Source: Octopus vulgaris
Lineage: Eukaryota
Assembly (NCBI GenBank): GCA_951406725.2
Contig: OX597814.1
Coordinates: 89,776,001 to 89,840,000 of the forward strand
Direction of reading: 5' to 3'
Length of the DNA: 64,000 bases
In this document: positions 40,560 through 56,650 of the stretch, one piece after another
Numbering within the stretch: the stretch's first letter is position 1
Layout: every line of letters starts with the position of its first letter
Notes under the pieces: generated by a model
The model's database searches: none
Told to the model about the DNA's origin: nothing
What the model saw: the letters and a program-made list of their open reading frames with translations, nothing else
Position numbers and translations under genes: made by a program

Positions 40560-41015
40560 TCCCAATATGCAACTGGTGCTTAATTTATCGACCCTGAAAG
40601 GATGAAAGGCAAAGTCGACCTCGGCGGAATTTGAACTCAGAACGTAAAGACAGACGAAATACCTATTTCTTTACTACCCACAAGGGGCTAAACACAGAAG
40701 GGACAAACAAGGACAGACAAACGGATTAAGTCGATTATATCGTCCCCAGTGCGTAACTGGTACTTATTTAATCGACTCCGAAAGTATGAAAGGCAAAGTT
40801 GACCTCGGCGGAATTTGAACTCAGAATGTAGCGGCAGACGAAATACCTATTTCTTTACTACCCACAAGGGGCTAAATACAGAGAGGACAAACAAGGACAG
40901 ACAAACGGATAAAGTCGATTACATCGACCCCAGTGGGTAATTCAGAACGTAGCCGGAGACGAAATACAGCTAGGCATTTCGCCCGGCGTACTAACGTTTC
41001 TGCCAGCTCATCGCC
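40560..41015 (-). mobile_element. SINE family B tandem multimer (~184-bp unit)
   Basis: Unit repeats at ~40571 and ~40755, followed by a partial unit carrying the single tRNA-like head at ~41015. Confidence 0.85.
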
Positions 41016-41199
41016 GTTTTCAAGTTTGGATACATGAATTTATGTAGTTTCATTAGTATTGATGCTTAAGTATTAAATAAAAAGTGAACACCATTAGGCG
41101 TAGGCGTGGCTGTGTGGTAAGAAGCTTGCTTCCCAACCATGTGGTTCTGTGTTCAGTTCTACTACGTAGCACCTTGGGCAAGTGTCTTCTACTATAGCC

Positions 41200-42677
<1,478 letters not shown>

Positions 42678-43639
42678 CGAAGAGTGCGAACACTTATTCT
42701 GTTGTATTAAAACAATTAAACAAAAGAAAAAAAATGGATTGAGGAAAACATTATACTAGCTAGGTGGATTTCATTGATTTTGTTCAAGTGATACTTAAAA
42801 AAAAATTGCTCAAGAATTTAAAGATTGGCTATGCATTTTTATCTTGAGAACATTCAAGCAAAAGGTTAGATTTGTATGGGTCATAGGGTCAGAGACATGT
42901 TATGTAGTTCTTGTTGAAAGGTTGTCTTAAATGTATTAAGTGACATTTCGATAAACGTTTGACTGTTTTGTAACTATATAAACGATCAATATCAATATAA
43001 ACACACATATATACACAGACGCACACAAACCCAAACACACGTACATATGTATGTATTAACGTTTGTTTCTATGCTGAATTACGATAAAAATAGCTTTGCA
43101 TTAAACTGAAGGATTACTCAATACTTTTTGCAGAGTAGATATTCATTATTCTTTAATAAGTATAGTACTAAAAGTGACTTCGATGGAGGCTTAGTCAGCC
43201 GAAACTTCGAGGGCACTGTCAACATCAATCTTATATTCTAGTTGCAGGCTTGGATGTGTGGTAAGAAGATTATTTCCCACCCACATGATTTCAAGTTCAG
43301 TCCCACCGCCTGGATTGAATTTTCATAAGATTATCGTCAAAAAGCATTCTTCTCGTGAACATTTCAAGGCGGTGCCCCAGCATCACCGCAGTCTAACGAG
43401 TGAAAGTTTATATATATATATATAGATATAGATATATAGTAATGTTTATAAGCCTACAGAATGTAGCAGTCCTATAAAGGACGATGTTACTATTGTTTTA
43501 GCCCCAGGAAAACATCTTTTCTACCCAGCTGGCTATCGACACACAGTTTGTGTCCGTATAGCATTTGCAAGGGAGGTCATCGCATATATATATATATATA
43601 TATATACCAAGAAAAAAGCAACAAGAATGGATCGGTAGA

Positions 43640-43724
43640 TTAGTACAATTGTTTCATTCTATAAACATTTTATTTCAAGCTGCAAATATTACAGCAAATA
43701 TAATGTCAAGTATTCATCAGCTAA
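43640..43724 (-). ncRNA. Hammerhead ribozyme in a ~200-bp (TA)n-flanked unit (43607-43808)
   Basis: Minus strand: stem I ttag/ctaa, CTGATGA, extended stem II with gctgtaa/ttgcagc hairpin, GAAA, palindromic caattg, GUA site. Confidence 0.8.
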
Positions 43725-44059
43725 ATTGCATATAGGTTTTCCAAATATCTTAGAGAGTGTAAATATCCTTATGAAGTTATAGGAGTTATAGTATTTTTTG
43801 CTGAAATTATATATATATATATATCAACAGGTAGATAGATAGATATAGATATAGAAATAGATACATTCATACGTACATACATGAGCTGTATATTTACGTG
43901 TTAAACTTGTCTTCGCTTCTCTCACCATTCTTTTTCTCTCCATAATTTTACATTACTAACCATTCATTTCGTTTCATGCTTCTCACGCTCTGTTTGCAAT
44001 ATTTTTCTACCTCTGCTTCTATAGTTTCCTTCATCCAGTTAGCTACGTTCATGTGTCTT

Positions 44060-44992
44060 TTAGCTTTTCTCTTTCACTTACCACAGTCATTGGTCGGCAG
44101 CCATTCTGGGGCACCGGTCTGAAGAGTTTACTAGAACTGACGGACACAAATACTTATGTTTAGTAAGTCTGGTACATATTCTATCGGTCTCTTTCGCTGA
44201 ACCGCTAAATTTACAGTGGCGTAAACAAACCAACACCGGTTGTCAAGCGGTATAGAGGAGAGAAACACAAACACAGAGATGCACACATATACAGGCATAC
44301 AATGGGATTTCACATCGTTTCCGTCCATCAAAATCACTCACAATGCATTTGGTCGGTCAGTGGCTATAGTAGAAGACACTTTCCTAATGTACAAATGCAT
44401 ATTACTCAGTCAAATTCGATACCCGAGAAAGATGTTTAGTGGCATTCCGTCCGTCTTTACGTTCTGACCTCAAATTCCTTCGAGGTCGACTTTGTCTTTC
44501 ATCATTTCGGTGTCGATAAAATAAGTATTAGTTAAACACTGGAGTCAATGTGATCGGCTTACTCCCTCCCCTAAAACTGCTAGAATTTGAAATCAATATA
44601 TTCTTACAATACCAAAAGGATGAAACTGAGGTCGTATTCAAAAAACGAAAAAGTGTAAGGTTCAAAGAAGGCTGGTCAATCATCGGAAACTAATCTATAA
44701 GATTTTTCACGACCTCAAAAGTCCCAGGTCTGAACAAATTTGGTATCTCTGTAACGCAAAGAAAAATTAATACTACTTTCTTCCAATAACGCGGCGAACC
44801 GGCACAATCGTTGGCACGCCGAACAAGATGCTTAGCGGCATTTCGTCAGTCTTTACGTTCTGTGTTCAAGTTTCATCGAGGTCCACTTTGTCTTTCATCG
44901 TTTCGGAGTCGATAAAATGAGTATCAGTTAAACACTGTGGTAGATGTAATCGACTAACTCCCTCCTCTAAAATTTCAGACCTTGTGCCTATA
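44060..44992. mobile_element. SINE cluster: family A (44060-44385, minus); family B (44420-44600 and 44790-44992, plus)
   Basis: Homology to the other family A and B copies. Confidence 0.7.
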
Positions 44993-44996
44993 ATTG

Positions 44997-45034
<38 letters not shown>

Positions 45035-45038
45035 CATC

Positions 45039-45070
<32 letters not shown>

Positions 45071-45071
45071 T

Positions 45072-46533
45072 CAGTAGTTTTATTTTTATAGCGTACTTTC
45101 ACTTTACTACCGAGCGCAGCTCTGTGTGCCTTGGGTATGTGCTGTGATTTGTTGTGATGCTCTGATGGTTATTTTATGGAAAGTGTTCTGCGTAGGATGT
45201 GTGCAGTGCCTAGTAGTGCAATTTTCTGTATGTTATGTGTGTTTGTAAGTCCTGGTGTTTTTGTTATGTATTTGTCTGAATATTTTTTTATCATGCCTAA
45301 TGCACCTACTATGATAGGAATTGTTTCTGTTTTTAGATTCCACATTCTGGTTACCTCTATTTCCAGGTCTTTGTATTTTGAAAGTTTCTCCATTTCTTTT
45401 AGAGACACGTTGTCATCTGCTGGTATTGATACATCAATTAGAAAGCATTGTTTCTTCATGCTCTCTGACAACTATATCTGGTCTGTTGGACTTAATTTCT
45501 CTATCTGTGTGTATCGGCATATCCCAGAGTATGGTTGCTTTCTCGTTTTCTGTGACCTTTTCTGGTGTGTCCCTATACCATCTTTTTTCTGTTGTTATTC
45601 CATAATGTTGGCATAGCTTCCAGTGTATGTAGGTCCCAACTCTGTCGTGTCTGTAAATATATTCCTTCTTAGCCCGGACTTGGCAGCCAGAGATAATATG
45701 ATTTGTTGTTTCTTGTCCATCTCCACATATTCTGCAGTTACTTGTTATATTTCTTTTCATTACATGTTGTTGATAATTTCTGGTGGGGAGGCTTTGGTTT
45801 TGTGCTGCAATAAAAAAATCCTCTGTCTCTGCTTTGAGTCCTGAGCTTCTCAACCATTGCTGGGATTTTTCTTTGTCTATTTCTTTTGCATTTAGTTTAG
45901 TCCAGTATTTGCTATGAAGGGGCTTTTCTTGCCATCGTTTTATCATGGTTCGTTGCTGTTCTATTTTTAGCTTCGATTTCATTTATTTTATATCTTTTGT
46001 TGTTTCTTCATCTTCTTCTTCATATTTGTTAGGTGGTATGTATTTGTCAGCTTCCTTAAATACAGTTTTTTTGTTTTGCTCGTGTTTTGCCGCTATTTGT
46101 ATCAGTTTTCCTTCCTTCTGAAGTAGATATTTTTGTAGTCCTATGGTGGTTATTTTATAGTAGTTTTCCTGCTGTATAAGGCCTCTACCACCTTCTATAC
46201 GTTGTATATATAGCCTTTCTATGTCTGATTTTGGGTGATGCATCCTAGATCCTGTCATTATTTTTCTTGTTTTCCTGTCTATTTTGGTCAGTTCATTTAG
46301 TGTCCAGTTAAGGATATTGATGCTGTAACTTATAACTGGGACGGCTAAAGTGTTAGTACCTATAATCTTGTTTTTAGCATTGAGCTCTGTTTTTAGTGTT
46401 GATCTAACTCGTCTATAATATTCTTTTTTATTTTCTCTTTCATTTGTGTGTGTTGTGTCTTATCTAGTTCATGGATTCCTAGGTATTTGTAAGTTTGGCT
46501 TTGGTCTAATTCTTTGATTTCATTGGTTTTATC
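45072..46533 (-). mobile_element. 3' portion of an R4/Dong-type LINE with (TAA)n tail
   Basis: YKYLG, GGRGL, LKAETE, CRICGDGQETTNHIISGC (CCHC), RHD, RPDIVV, LIDVSIP..KLSKYKDL; few frameshifts; (TAA)n on both sides. Confidence 0.92.
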
Positions 46534-46560
46534 TATTATTATTATTATTATTATTATTAT

Positions 46561-47064
46561 TGAGTGAGAGCAGTGCATGCCATCAAAGTGACATGAAGCC
46601 CAGTATACCCATCATGACTACCAGTCTGATAGGGTACAAGAGGCACATGCATCACAACCATATATGCGTGACATGATGATCTCGCATCAAAATAAACCGC
46701 GCATAACCTTCCAGGTGGGGCCTAGTTAGAGTTTTCTTCAGGTCAAGTGGCCCATCCCACTCAAAAGATCCTTGAATAAGAGTTGTTTCAGTATGTTGAA
46801 CGGAACACCCATGTTTCCAGAGATGAATTCTCCAAACCCCAAATAATTCCTCTCAACACATGGCTATAATGCTTCCCACTCCTTCTGCTGGTGATCAGAG
46901 ATGCACATAAGGTCAAACAACTGACAAATAAATTTGTGGTATTGAGCAGAATATTTGCTGTAGCCCACCTTTTATACAAAGACAAAACAATGTACATAAT
47001 AACACTTCCAATCAGTTAAGATCAAAGGCCATGATAACCACTGCCTGGTACTGCATCAGGGTAT
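46561..47064 (-). mobile_element. ~550-bp (TAA)n-flanked element (minus-strand copy)
   Basis: Reverse complement of 4823-5376 with small deletions. Confidence 0.8.
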
Positions 47065-48049
47065 TTACTATTATTGTTATATGTTTGACTTTTGCTTTGT
47101 ATTTGTACATGTTGGTTCCACGTCTCACCCAGAGACCTCAAAAGAAAACAAGTTAAAAGTTCATGTTGGTGATATGCTTAGGGTGTCATATATTTGGGTT
47201 TGCACATAGTATTTGCCAATTTTTATTTCAAGACCTATATACATTATTATTATTACTACTACTACTACTACTACTACTACTAAAATTGCTAAAAATTTGA
47301 AATCAGTATGTTCTTACAATACCAAAAGAATGGAACTGACACCGTATTTGGAAAAAAAAAGGAGTCTAAGATTTATAAAAGCTGGTTACTCATGGGAACC
47401 TAATTTATAATATTTTTTTACGACCTCAAATTTTCCAGGTCTGACCAGACAATGTAAGTGTGCTTATATCGTCGACGCATACATTTGTGTGGTAAACTAC
47501 AATGCAAATGTGTCAGGCTTTTCTGTGGTTAACATGCATTTCACACTGGATGATGTAATCTCTTTTGTATTTCGTATCTAAATATAGATCTGTAGTTTTC
47601 TATAATTGCTGCAGAATCCGTAAATAGGGAAACTGATGTGGTAGATTCGTCTAAAAATTAAACTGTATGTATGTATGTATGTATGTATGCATCTATCTAT
47701 CTATCTACTTTTCTCTCTTTCTAAATATATACGTGTGTGTTTTAGTGTGAGTATGTGTGTGTTTGTGAGTGTGTTTTTTTATTTGTGTGTTGGTATTAGA
47801 TATGTGAATATACATACATATATGCACTTGTATATATCTGTATACATAAATATATGCATAGACATACATATATACATACATCAATACATACATACGTATA
47901 TACATACATGCATATATACATACGTACATGCGTACACTCATTCATACATACATACATACATACATACATACATACATACATACATACATACATGCATACA
48001 CTCATACATACATACGTACATGCATACACACACGCATACATACATTCAT

Positions 48050-48720
48050 GTTAAGGAAGTCTCAAGGATAGCACACTGTTTTACATGGAAACAGAAATAA
48101 TAAAATTACAGACCGTTTCTTTGTGGATAACCTGAAACTATATGCAAAGAATATGCATGAGACCAAATAGAGCCTTGACCCGGTGACAACATTCTCAAAG
48201 GATAAAAGGCTGAAACTTGGTCACGATAAATGTTGGTATATGGTCGTAGAAAGAGGGAAAATGTAAACCTGACTAACAACATGTCCATCAATGACTTAAC
48301 TGTTTCCCCTTTATCTGATGAGGAATGTTACAGGTATCTTGGGGTGGATGAAAACATTTCTTACAATGGCAGTTACACGAGCCACTACAGAATATTACAG
48401 AAAAAATAAAGAAACTTTGGACCTCGGAACTCTCTGCATTCAATAAAACAGTGGCCTACAATGTATTTGAAGTACCTGTGAAATAGAATAACTACGCTGA
48501 ACTATTCAAAAATCTGCAATTACTCAATCCAGATTATAAGTTCAGGTTTATACCTGTAATTATTGGGGCACTGAGATACATAACACACTGCTTAAATACC
48601 AATCTTACGAAATTAGGCTTCTCAAAACTAGAAAGGAGAAAGCTGATTCGAAGACTACAGTTTCAAGCCTACACTTGAACTATAAAATGTGTAAGACTTT
48701 CCAGAGATTTATCATTTAAG
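48050..48720 (+). mobile_element. Heavily deleted RLE-type LINE fragment
   Basis: LFVDNLKLYAK, ECYRYLGVDEN, LWTSELSAFNK, FRFIPVIIGAL. Confidence 0.7.
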
Positions 48721-49119
48721 TATATATGAGTATGTCTAGATATGCAACTATATACATGAGAATACATACAAATCTGCAGATATACAGTCGTACAAATATA
48801 CTATGTTGATGGTATTGAATTTCCAATTAAGAAACCTTGGATCAAGGTTAGAAACAGGCTCTTTCTTCACCGGCAAGAAATGTTGAAATGAAACCGAATT
48901 TTAACATACATACATACATACATTCAATTACGTAGTTGTTAAGGCAGTGGATTAGTAGAAACAGAAAAAAATGGTTTTCTTACGCTCAGTTAAAATCCCT
49001 GCATGGAAAAATTTGCCTTTAATTCCCAACGGGTCGATAACAGAATACCTGTCAATTACTGAGGCCCCACAAATCAACCAACACTTTCCTCCAAATTTCT
49101 GGCCTTCTACCTCATATAG

Positions 49120-49838
<719 letters not shown>

Positions 49839-50647
49839 TTTCCCCCTCTCTATCCATCTCGCTGTTTATGTATCTCAGTTTATCTCTCTATCTCTCTTTA
49901 GAGCTATATATATATATGATGTGTGAGCTCATAAGTATATATATATATATTTATATATATATGTATGTATGTATATATATATATCTATCTGTATATCTAT
50001 CTATCTATCTGTATATCTATCTATCTATCTATTTATCTATCTATATATATATATGTACGTATGTATGTATGTATGTATGTATGTATAGATATATAAACAT
50101 ATATGTGCGTGCGTCTATGGAGAAAGAGAGAGAGGGGAGAGATAGATAGATAGATAAAGAGAGAGAGAGAGAGAGAGAGATAGTCAGGAGTATGGAGAAA
50201 TAGAATATCAGAAATTAGGAACTGGAATGAGGGACTTTGTATGAAGGAGAAGAACAATGGGGAAATAAACCTGAAGCGATAGAAAGTGGAATTATAGTAA
50301 ATATTAAAAATCAATAGCAGAAAAAGGGAAACGTTTTTTGAAGAAGTGTACGAGGAAGTATTAGGAACAGAAAGAGTCAGTTCTATTGATTAGTTTGCAG
50401 TAGCTACCATGGAAACTGCACCTATTGAGTAGCACGAGAGCTATGCGTGTTACATGTGTGACGTCAGATTTTTAGTCCCATTACATAAAGATTAGCTATA
50501 TTATTGCAGAGAGGAAACAAAAAGAAATAGCAGCACACACACACACACACACTAACAGAATTGTACAAACACAATGCATACACACACAGATGTACATATG
50601 AATGTATGCACATACAACACATATAAACAAATATTTCAAATGTGTTC

Positions 50648-50773
<126 letters not shown>

Positions 50774-50840
50774 CATTTATTTATATAAATATAATTAGTT
50801 AAAATGAATTTTAACACGTATGTGTATACGTGTATGTGTA

Positions 50841-50885
<45 letters not shown>

Positions 50886-52194
50886 TAAGTATGTGTGTGT
50901 GCGTATTAGTTTTCAGTTTATGATTTTGTTTCGATTATTTTGGTCACTTCAGAATTAATGAAATAATTTCTGTAAAGAGATCGATGAAAGAATTCAGAAG
51001 GAATGAACAAAGTAGTCAAAGTGGAAGTGAATGTGTAAATTCGAAAAGGTGATGATAGATTTCGTTTTGGGGGAGTTGGTTAATTTAAATTTGTTGATGT
51101 TTAATTCCATATATATAGTAACATTCCATATACAGTAACACCTTAACACCTTTAGTTTAAGGTTTAGCATTAGATAGGATTATAAAGGGTCGAGAGAGAA
51201 TTTAGAAAAACGAAAAATGAAGGACTAATATATAAGCGCAAATTGCAACACATATATTAAGAAACGTTCAGTTCTACTATTATGGAAAGATTAGAGAAAG
51301 AAAGCTTGTATAAATACTATGAAAGATATATGAGAGATAAGTTAAATAAATCTCAAATAATATTAAGCTCGTATAAAGTAAGAAATATTTAGAAACGAAG
51401 GCATATTAAGTTTAAAATTAATATTTAGCTTACAAAAAGAAAGTGTTTTAAAAATCTTATGCTGGTGAAATTATTAAATGAAAAGCCTGAAAGAGAAACG
51501 AAATAATTTTGAGAAGTAATATAGGAACTAGTAAAATGGATGAAAATAACTAGAGACGTCTGAGGAAAAAAGTTATGAAGGAATCGTGGGTAATGCATAG
51601 CGAACAGTCAGATCTAAATAGGTCTTTATAATAAAGTGGGTAGAGATAAACGAGTAGAATGATATAAACATTTGTCGCATTGTACGCATATTGGTTTAAC
51701 AAAATGGTGGACAAATTGATCAAAGCGTCTGAAATTAAGCGAGTAAACACATGAAAACTCACAGGCAAGCAGTTAAGGACCGGCAATGGGGAGCCAGTAA
51801 ACTAGCCTCCTGGATCGTCTTCAACTTAACTGACACTCATTGTTGCATTCTGAGGGTAAATGCGTCCTCAGATAAGGCATTTACAATTTATTAATGCAAA
51901 TTCTCTTCCATCTGCTAACTTTAAAATATCTAATGGTGAACTTTAAACGGTAGGTCTGTCTGACTATAAATGAACTTAAACGTCCATAATATTAAATTAA
52001 GCAACTTGCCACAACTGAATCTAACTGACTCTTTGATCTTAGACTTTCACTGCCTCCCTCACTTCTATTCATCTTCTCCTTCTCCTCAACAATTTAACTA
52101 ATAATTTAATATCTTCTTCACTCACGAGTCCGGAATAGTTAACTGAAATAACTGAAACAGAATTAATTATAAACCTGCAAACTAATGTATATAT

Positions 52195-52515
52195 ATGACT
52201 GTGTGGTAAGAAACTTATTTACCAAAATCGCATGGTTCCGGGTTCTGTCCCACTGCGTGGTACCTTGGGCATGTGCCAACTGCTATATCCTCGAACTGAC
52301 CAAGGTATAGATTTGGTAGAGGGAAACTGAAAGAAGTCCGTTGTATATATACATATCTATATATCTATGTGTGTGTCTTTGTGTTTGTCCTCCCATCACC
52401 GCTTGACAACCGACGTTGGTGTGTTTACGTCACTGTAACTTAGCGGTTCGGCAAAACAGTCGATAGAATAAGTACTAAGCTTTAAAAAACAAGTGCTGCG
52501 TTCACTCCAGCATGT
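52195..52515 (+). mobile_element. SINE family A
   Basis: Head, body and tail blocks present. Confidence 0.75.
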
Positions 52516-52604
52516 TCTTTGTCTATCTCCTTAACTTCTTGTTGATTTTAGGCATAATTATACTGTGTTAATCTTTTCTAATTTAATTCAGTTATATGTC
52601 TTTG

Positions 52605-52690
52605 TGCAGCTGAGGATTAATCTGCATTTAAATTGATCTAATGGTTGCATTGTTCAATTAAATGGACTTGCATGAAATGATCGTACTGCA
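52605..52690 (+). ncRNA. Hammerhead ribozyme, second copy of the 1777-1990 family (element 52511-52727)
   Basis: Stem I tgcag/ctgca, CTGAGGA, long stem II, GAAA, stem III tgatcg, GUA site. Confidence 0.8.
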
Positions 52691-52816
52691 TTACCTCTGG
52701 ATATTCTTGTTGCTTATTTTGATTTTAATCACCTTACTTTGAAATTGTACGGATAATACCGTACTAAATTCTGCTGCCTCAACTTAGTGCCATATTCATC
52801 TGAATCTAAATTTTTG

Positions 52817-52856
<40 letters not shown>

Positions 52857-53354
52857 TTATATATAGGTGTACAAATGGACGGAAAACAGATAGACAGGCA
52901 GACAGACAGACACACAGACACACACATGCACATGCATATTTATATGTGTGTGGCATCGTGTGTGGTATCGTTGGATCTCTGTTGTTCGGTAATGAGGAAT
53001 CAGTTGTCCAATCAACTCAAATAAGTGTTAACTATCCCGGAATTTAAGTACGAGTGAATCTTCAATGTATATATTTATATATATATATATATTTATATAT
53101 ATAACTTTCATTTAATACTTAGGCAGAATCACCGTGATAAATTGCATGAAGGAGCTTTTGAATCCTGCCGATTTTAATCACTTTCCGACTTATTAGTTTC
53201 ATCCTGATGCTATGATTTCACTCGAGATTATAGATGACATTTGCTCAGGTTGCTGCGCAGCGTGATCGAACCTGAGACTTTACGGTTGCAAAGAGAACTT
53301 CCTAAACGTTCGGTCATACTGCGCTTAGGCAGCCCATCGACAAAAGCATGTGCG

Positions 53355-53428
<74 letters not shown>

Positions 53429-54178
53429 GTATGTATGTATGTATGTATGTATCTATCTATCTATCTCTCTCTCTCTATCTATGTATGTATGTATGTATCT
53501 ATCTATCTATCTATCTATCCATCTATCTATCTATCCATCTATCTATCTACCTGTCTAGATAGATAAATAGATAGATAGATAGATAGATGGATAGATGGAT
53601 AGATAGATAGATAGATAGATAGGTAGGTAGCTGTCTGCCTGCCTGCTTGCCTTTCTGTCTGCCTGTCTCTCGGTGTGTCTGTCTGTCTATTTGCTTGTCT
53701 ATCTATTTGCCTGTCTGTCTATCTATCTGTGTGAATGTCTGCTTTCTGTCTGTAATCCTACAATCCCACACAGAAAACTAAACACATAACAGGAACAGAA
53801 CTACATAAATTTTATTTGCTTGCTTTTATGTATAATGTTAAGGGCATATTGATTTCATGTTTATATTTGCATCGCATACTATGAAATATTTAAATATATT
53901 ATTAAATTATCTGATACTCTTAAAACATTCTTCGTGATCATGAATTATTTCGATATTATCAAGAGTAAACCAAAACAAAAAAAAAAAACAGCAAAATATT
54001 TGAAAAAATGAAGCAAAATTTATATCATTCTGATAATGTGTTTTTTTCATGTATCATTAAAGACATTTACACAGAAACATACAGAAAGACACAGAGACAC
54101 ACACATACGCGCGCGTGCGCGCAAACACGTCCACACGAACATTCACATAGCTAAAGTCAAAGAAAAAGATGAACATGC

Positions 54179-54308
<130 letters not shown>

Positions 54309-55124
54309 TCATATACACATATATGAATATGTTTGTGTCCATGTGTATGGCTTTACATCATTTTTCACCCGGATATAAATTTTGGTTTCTAACACTCATG
54401 TACTACATTCATAGGCGACGCCAAAGAGGACAGATATTTTTTTTTCTCTAGAAAACTTTTCACGGCATACCCTTATTATGTATAAAAGTTGGAACACAGT
54501 CATGTTTTGGTAAGGAAATTGTGAAAGTAAATTTCTCATCAAATTTCATATTTATTACTAAAACAAAACATATAAGACCTATTAGAGCAATAAATATTTC
54601 GCAAAAAGCAGAATATTTTCTTGGATAATTTACCCCAGCTAGTCAATAAATTCCAGAACATTAGACCAAAGAATATATAACTGTAATTTAATATTTAGTA
54701 ATATGACATAATGTAATATAATATAATGCAAACTAAATAAATATATAAAACTCATATCTTGCATACTAAAATATAGTGTGGATGTTTTACCCGGATCTAA
54801 ATTTATAATTCATCCACACATATACACTCACATATTCATGTCGCGTCAGCATCGATAGAGTATGTACCAGATTTAAAAACAGAAGAGAAATTCTGGGACA
54901 AATCTTTCGCCTAGCAACTCTTCAAGGCCACATCCCTGCCTGGCTGCAGTCTAATGTCTAAAACAAGCTAAGGTATATATATATACATTTATATTATATT
55001 GAGGGTACTACTATTCGTAGATACCAACACGCTAAGAGGGACCAATGCGGTCAAAACTACTAAAAATAAACAAAATTTTACCGAATGCAAAACTTCAAAA
55101 CACATCATTTTAAAAAAGAATTCA

Positions 55125-55190
55125 GTTACATACCACATGTGATTTCGCATTTAAATGCAGAATATGCATTTCTATGTTCATCAGTGCAAC
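55125..55190 (-). ncRNA. Hammerhead ribozyme (left-arm copy)
   Basis: Exact reverse complement of 55338-55403. Confidence 0.8.
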
Positions 55191-55337
55191 AAACTCAAGA
55201 AATATAATAGAAAAACATAACATTACAAGCTCGATAGCCAACCGTAGAATTCGTCGTAGCATGTCCGAATGTTTATCTTTACATATCTATGAAAATGGCT
55301 TGTAATGTTATGTTTTTCTATTATATTTCTTGAGTTT

Positions 55338-55403
55338 GTTGCACTGATGAACATAGAAATGCATATTCTGCATTTAAATGCGAAATCACATGTGGTATGT
55401 AAC
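55338..55403 (+). ncRNA. Hammerhead ribozyme (right-arm copy)
   Basis: Stem I gttgca/tgtaac, CTGATGA, stem II aaatgca/tgcattt, GAAA, palindromic cacatgtg, GUA site. Confidence 0.85.
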
Positions 55404-55649
55404 TGAATTCTTTTTAAAGTGATGTGTTTTGAAGTTTTGCATTCGGTAAAATTTTGTTTATTTTTAGTAGTTTTGACCGCATTGGTCCCTCTTAGCGTGT
55501 TGGTATCTACGAATAGTAGTACCCTCAATATAATATAAATGAATATTTTCAAAGAGGAAGAATTTACGGATTTTTTCTCTTACGAGGTTTTTCACGCTGA
55601 CTACTGATAATTTCTTTTAAAGATTTTATCCTCAATTGTTAATATATAT

Positions 55650-56390
55650 ATATATATGCATATATGGGTACAGAACGTCACCAATAGTAAACAACATGAA
55701 ATACGAAAACAAATGAGTTACATACGCAAACAACGAAGGGAAAAAATGGAAGACAGGACAAGTAATACAAGAAATACAAAGAATGACCCTTCATCAGTTG
55801 TCGGTTGTCTCCACTTCGAGCAATCAACAATAATATGAGTCTTCGAAAACAGTTTCTCCCATAAATATCAAAATAAAATTTTGGGTATATGGAGTGTCAG
55901 AGTTGGGGACAAAAACAGGAAAGTGGGGACACACAAGGAAGCCGAACGAAAACAAACATGGAGGGTCGTTAGACCAGAACGAGGGAACAGTTGTGACCAT
56001 CGTCCATCTTTCTTTTCCTCACGTGACCATCTTTCTTTTCCTGCACGGATGTCCTAAGGACTGGACATCTATCTCTCTCTTCTACCTTTCTCTTTTCAAA
56101 GAAAATATTTCTCCCAGCGTTCAGTATTTCCCCCCTTCTTCTGTTCTAACGACCCTCCACGTCCTGTTTTTGTTCCTAACTTTGACCCGCCATAAAATCC
56201 CAAATTTTATGTTTGTATCTATGGGAGCAACTGTCCTCGAAGTCTTAGCCAACAACTGGTGAAGGGTCTTTCTTTGTTTTCTTTGTTATACTCGTCCTGT
56301 TTTCCATTTTCTCTTGTCTACGTAAATAACTCATTTGTTTTCGTATTTCCCGATGTCTACTGTTGGTAGATACCTGTATCCATATATGCA
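55650..56390. repeat. Old inverted pair of an unclassified repeat (55650-55990 / 56130-56390)
   Basis: Diverged reverse-complement match, also visible as similar false peptides MHIWVQ... / MHIWIQ... on opposite strands. Confidence 0.7.
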
Positions 56391-56401
56391 TACATACATA
56401 T

Positions 56402-56499
<98 letters not shown>

Positions 56500-56601
56500 C
56501 CACATACAGATATATGTATGTAGATATATACATATATGTATATTATTTATATTATTATTTAATAATATATTTATTATCCATTTCCATGTATATGTACATA
56601 C

Positions 56602-56650
<49 letters not shown>

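Larger units (their letters stand above)
54986..55541. repeat. Near-perfect ~245-bp inverted repeat with 67-bp spacer
   Basis: 54986-55230 is the reverse complement of 55298-55541 with only about two differences. Confidence 0.95.

Noticed and set aside
43173-43218. ggct/agcc hairpin followed by GAAAC
   Set aside because: Core and cleavage triplet are degenerate.
48305-48360. CTGATGA...GAAA motif
   Set aside because: Lies in LINE coding sequence (LSDEECYRYLGVDEN) with no stems.
51000-52180. Purine-rich stretch that might be a very old Penelope ORF
   Set aside because: No intact diagnostic motif recoverable by eye.
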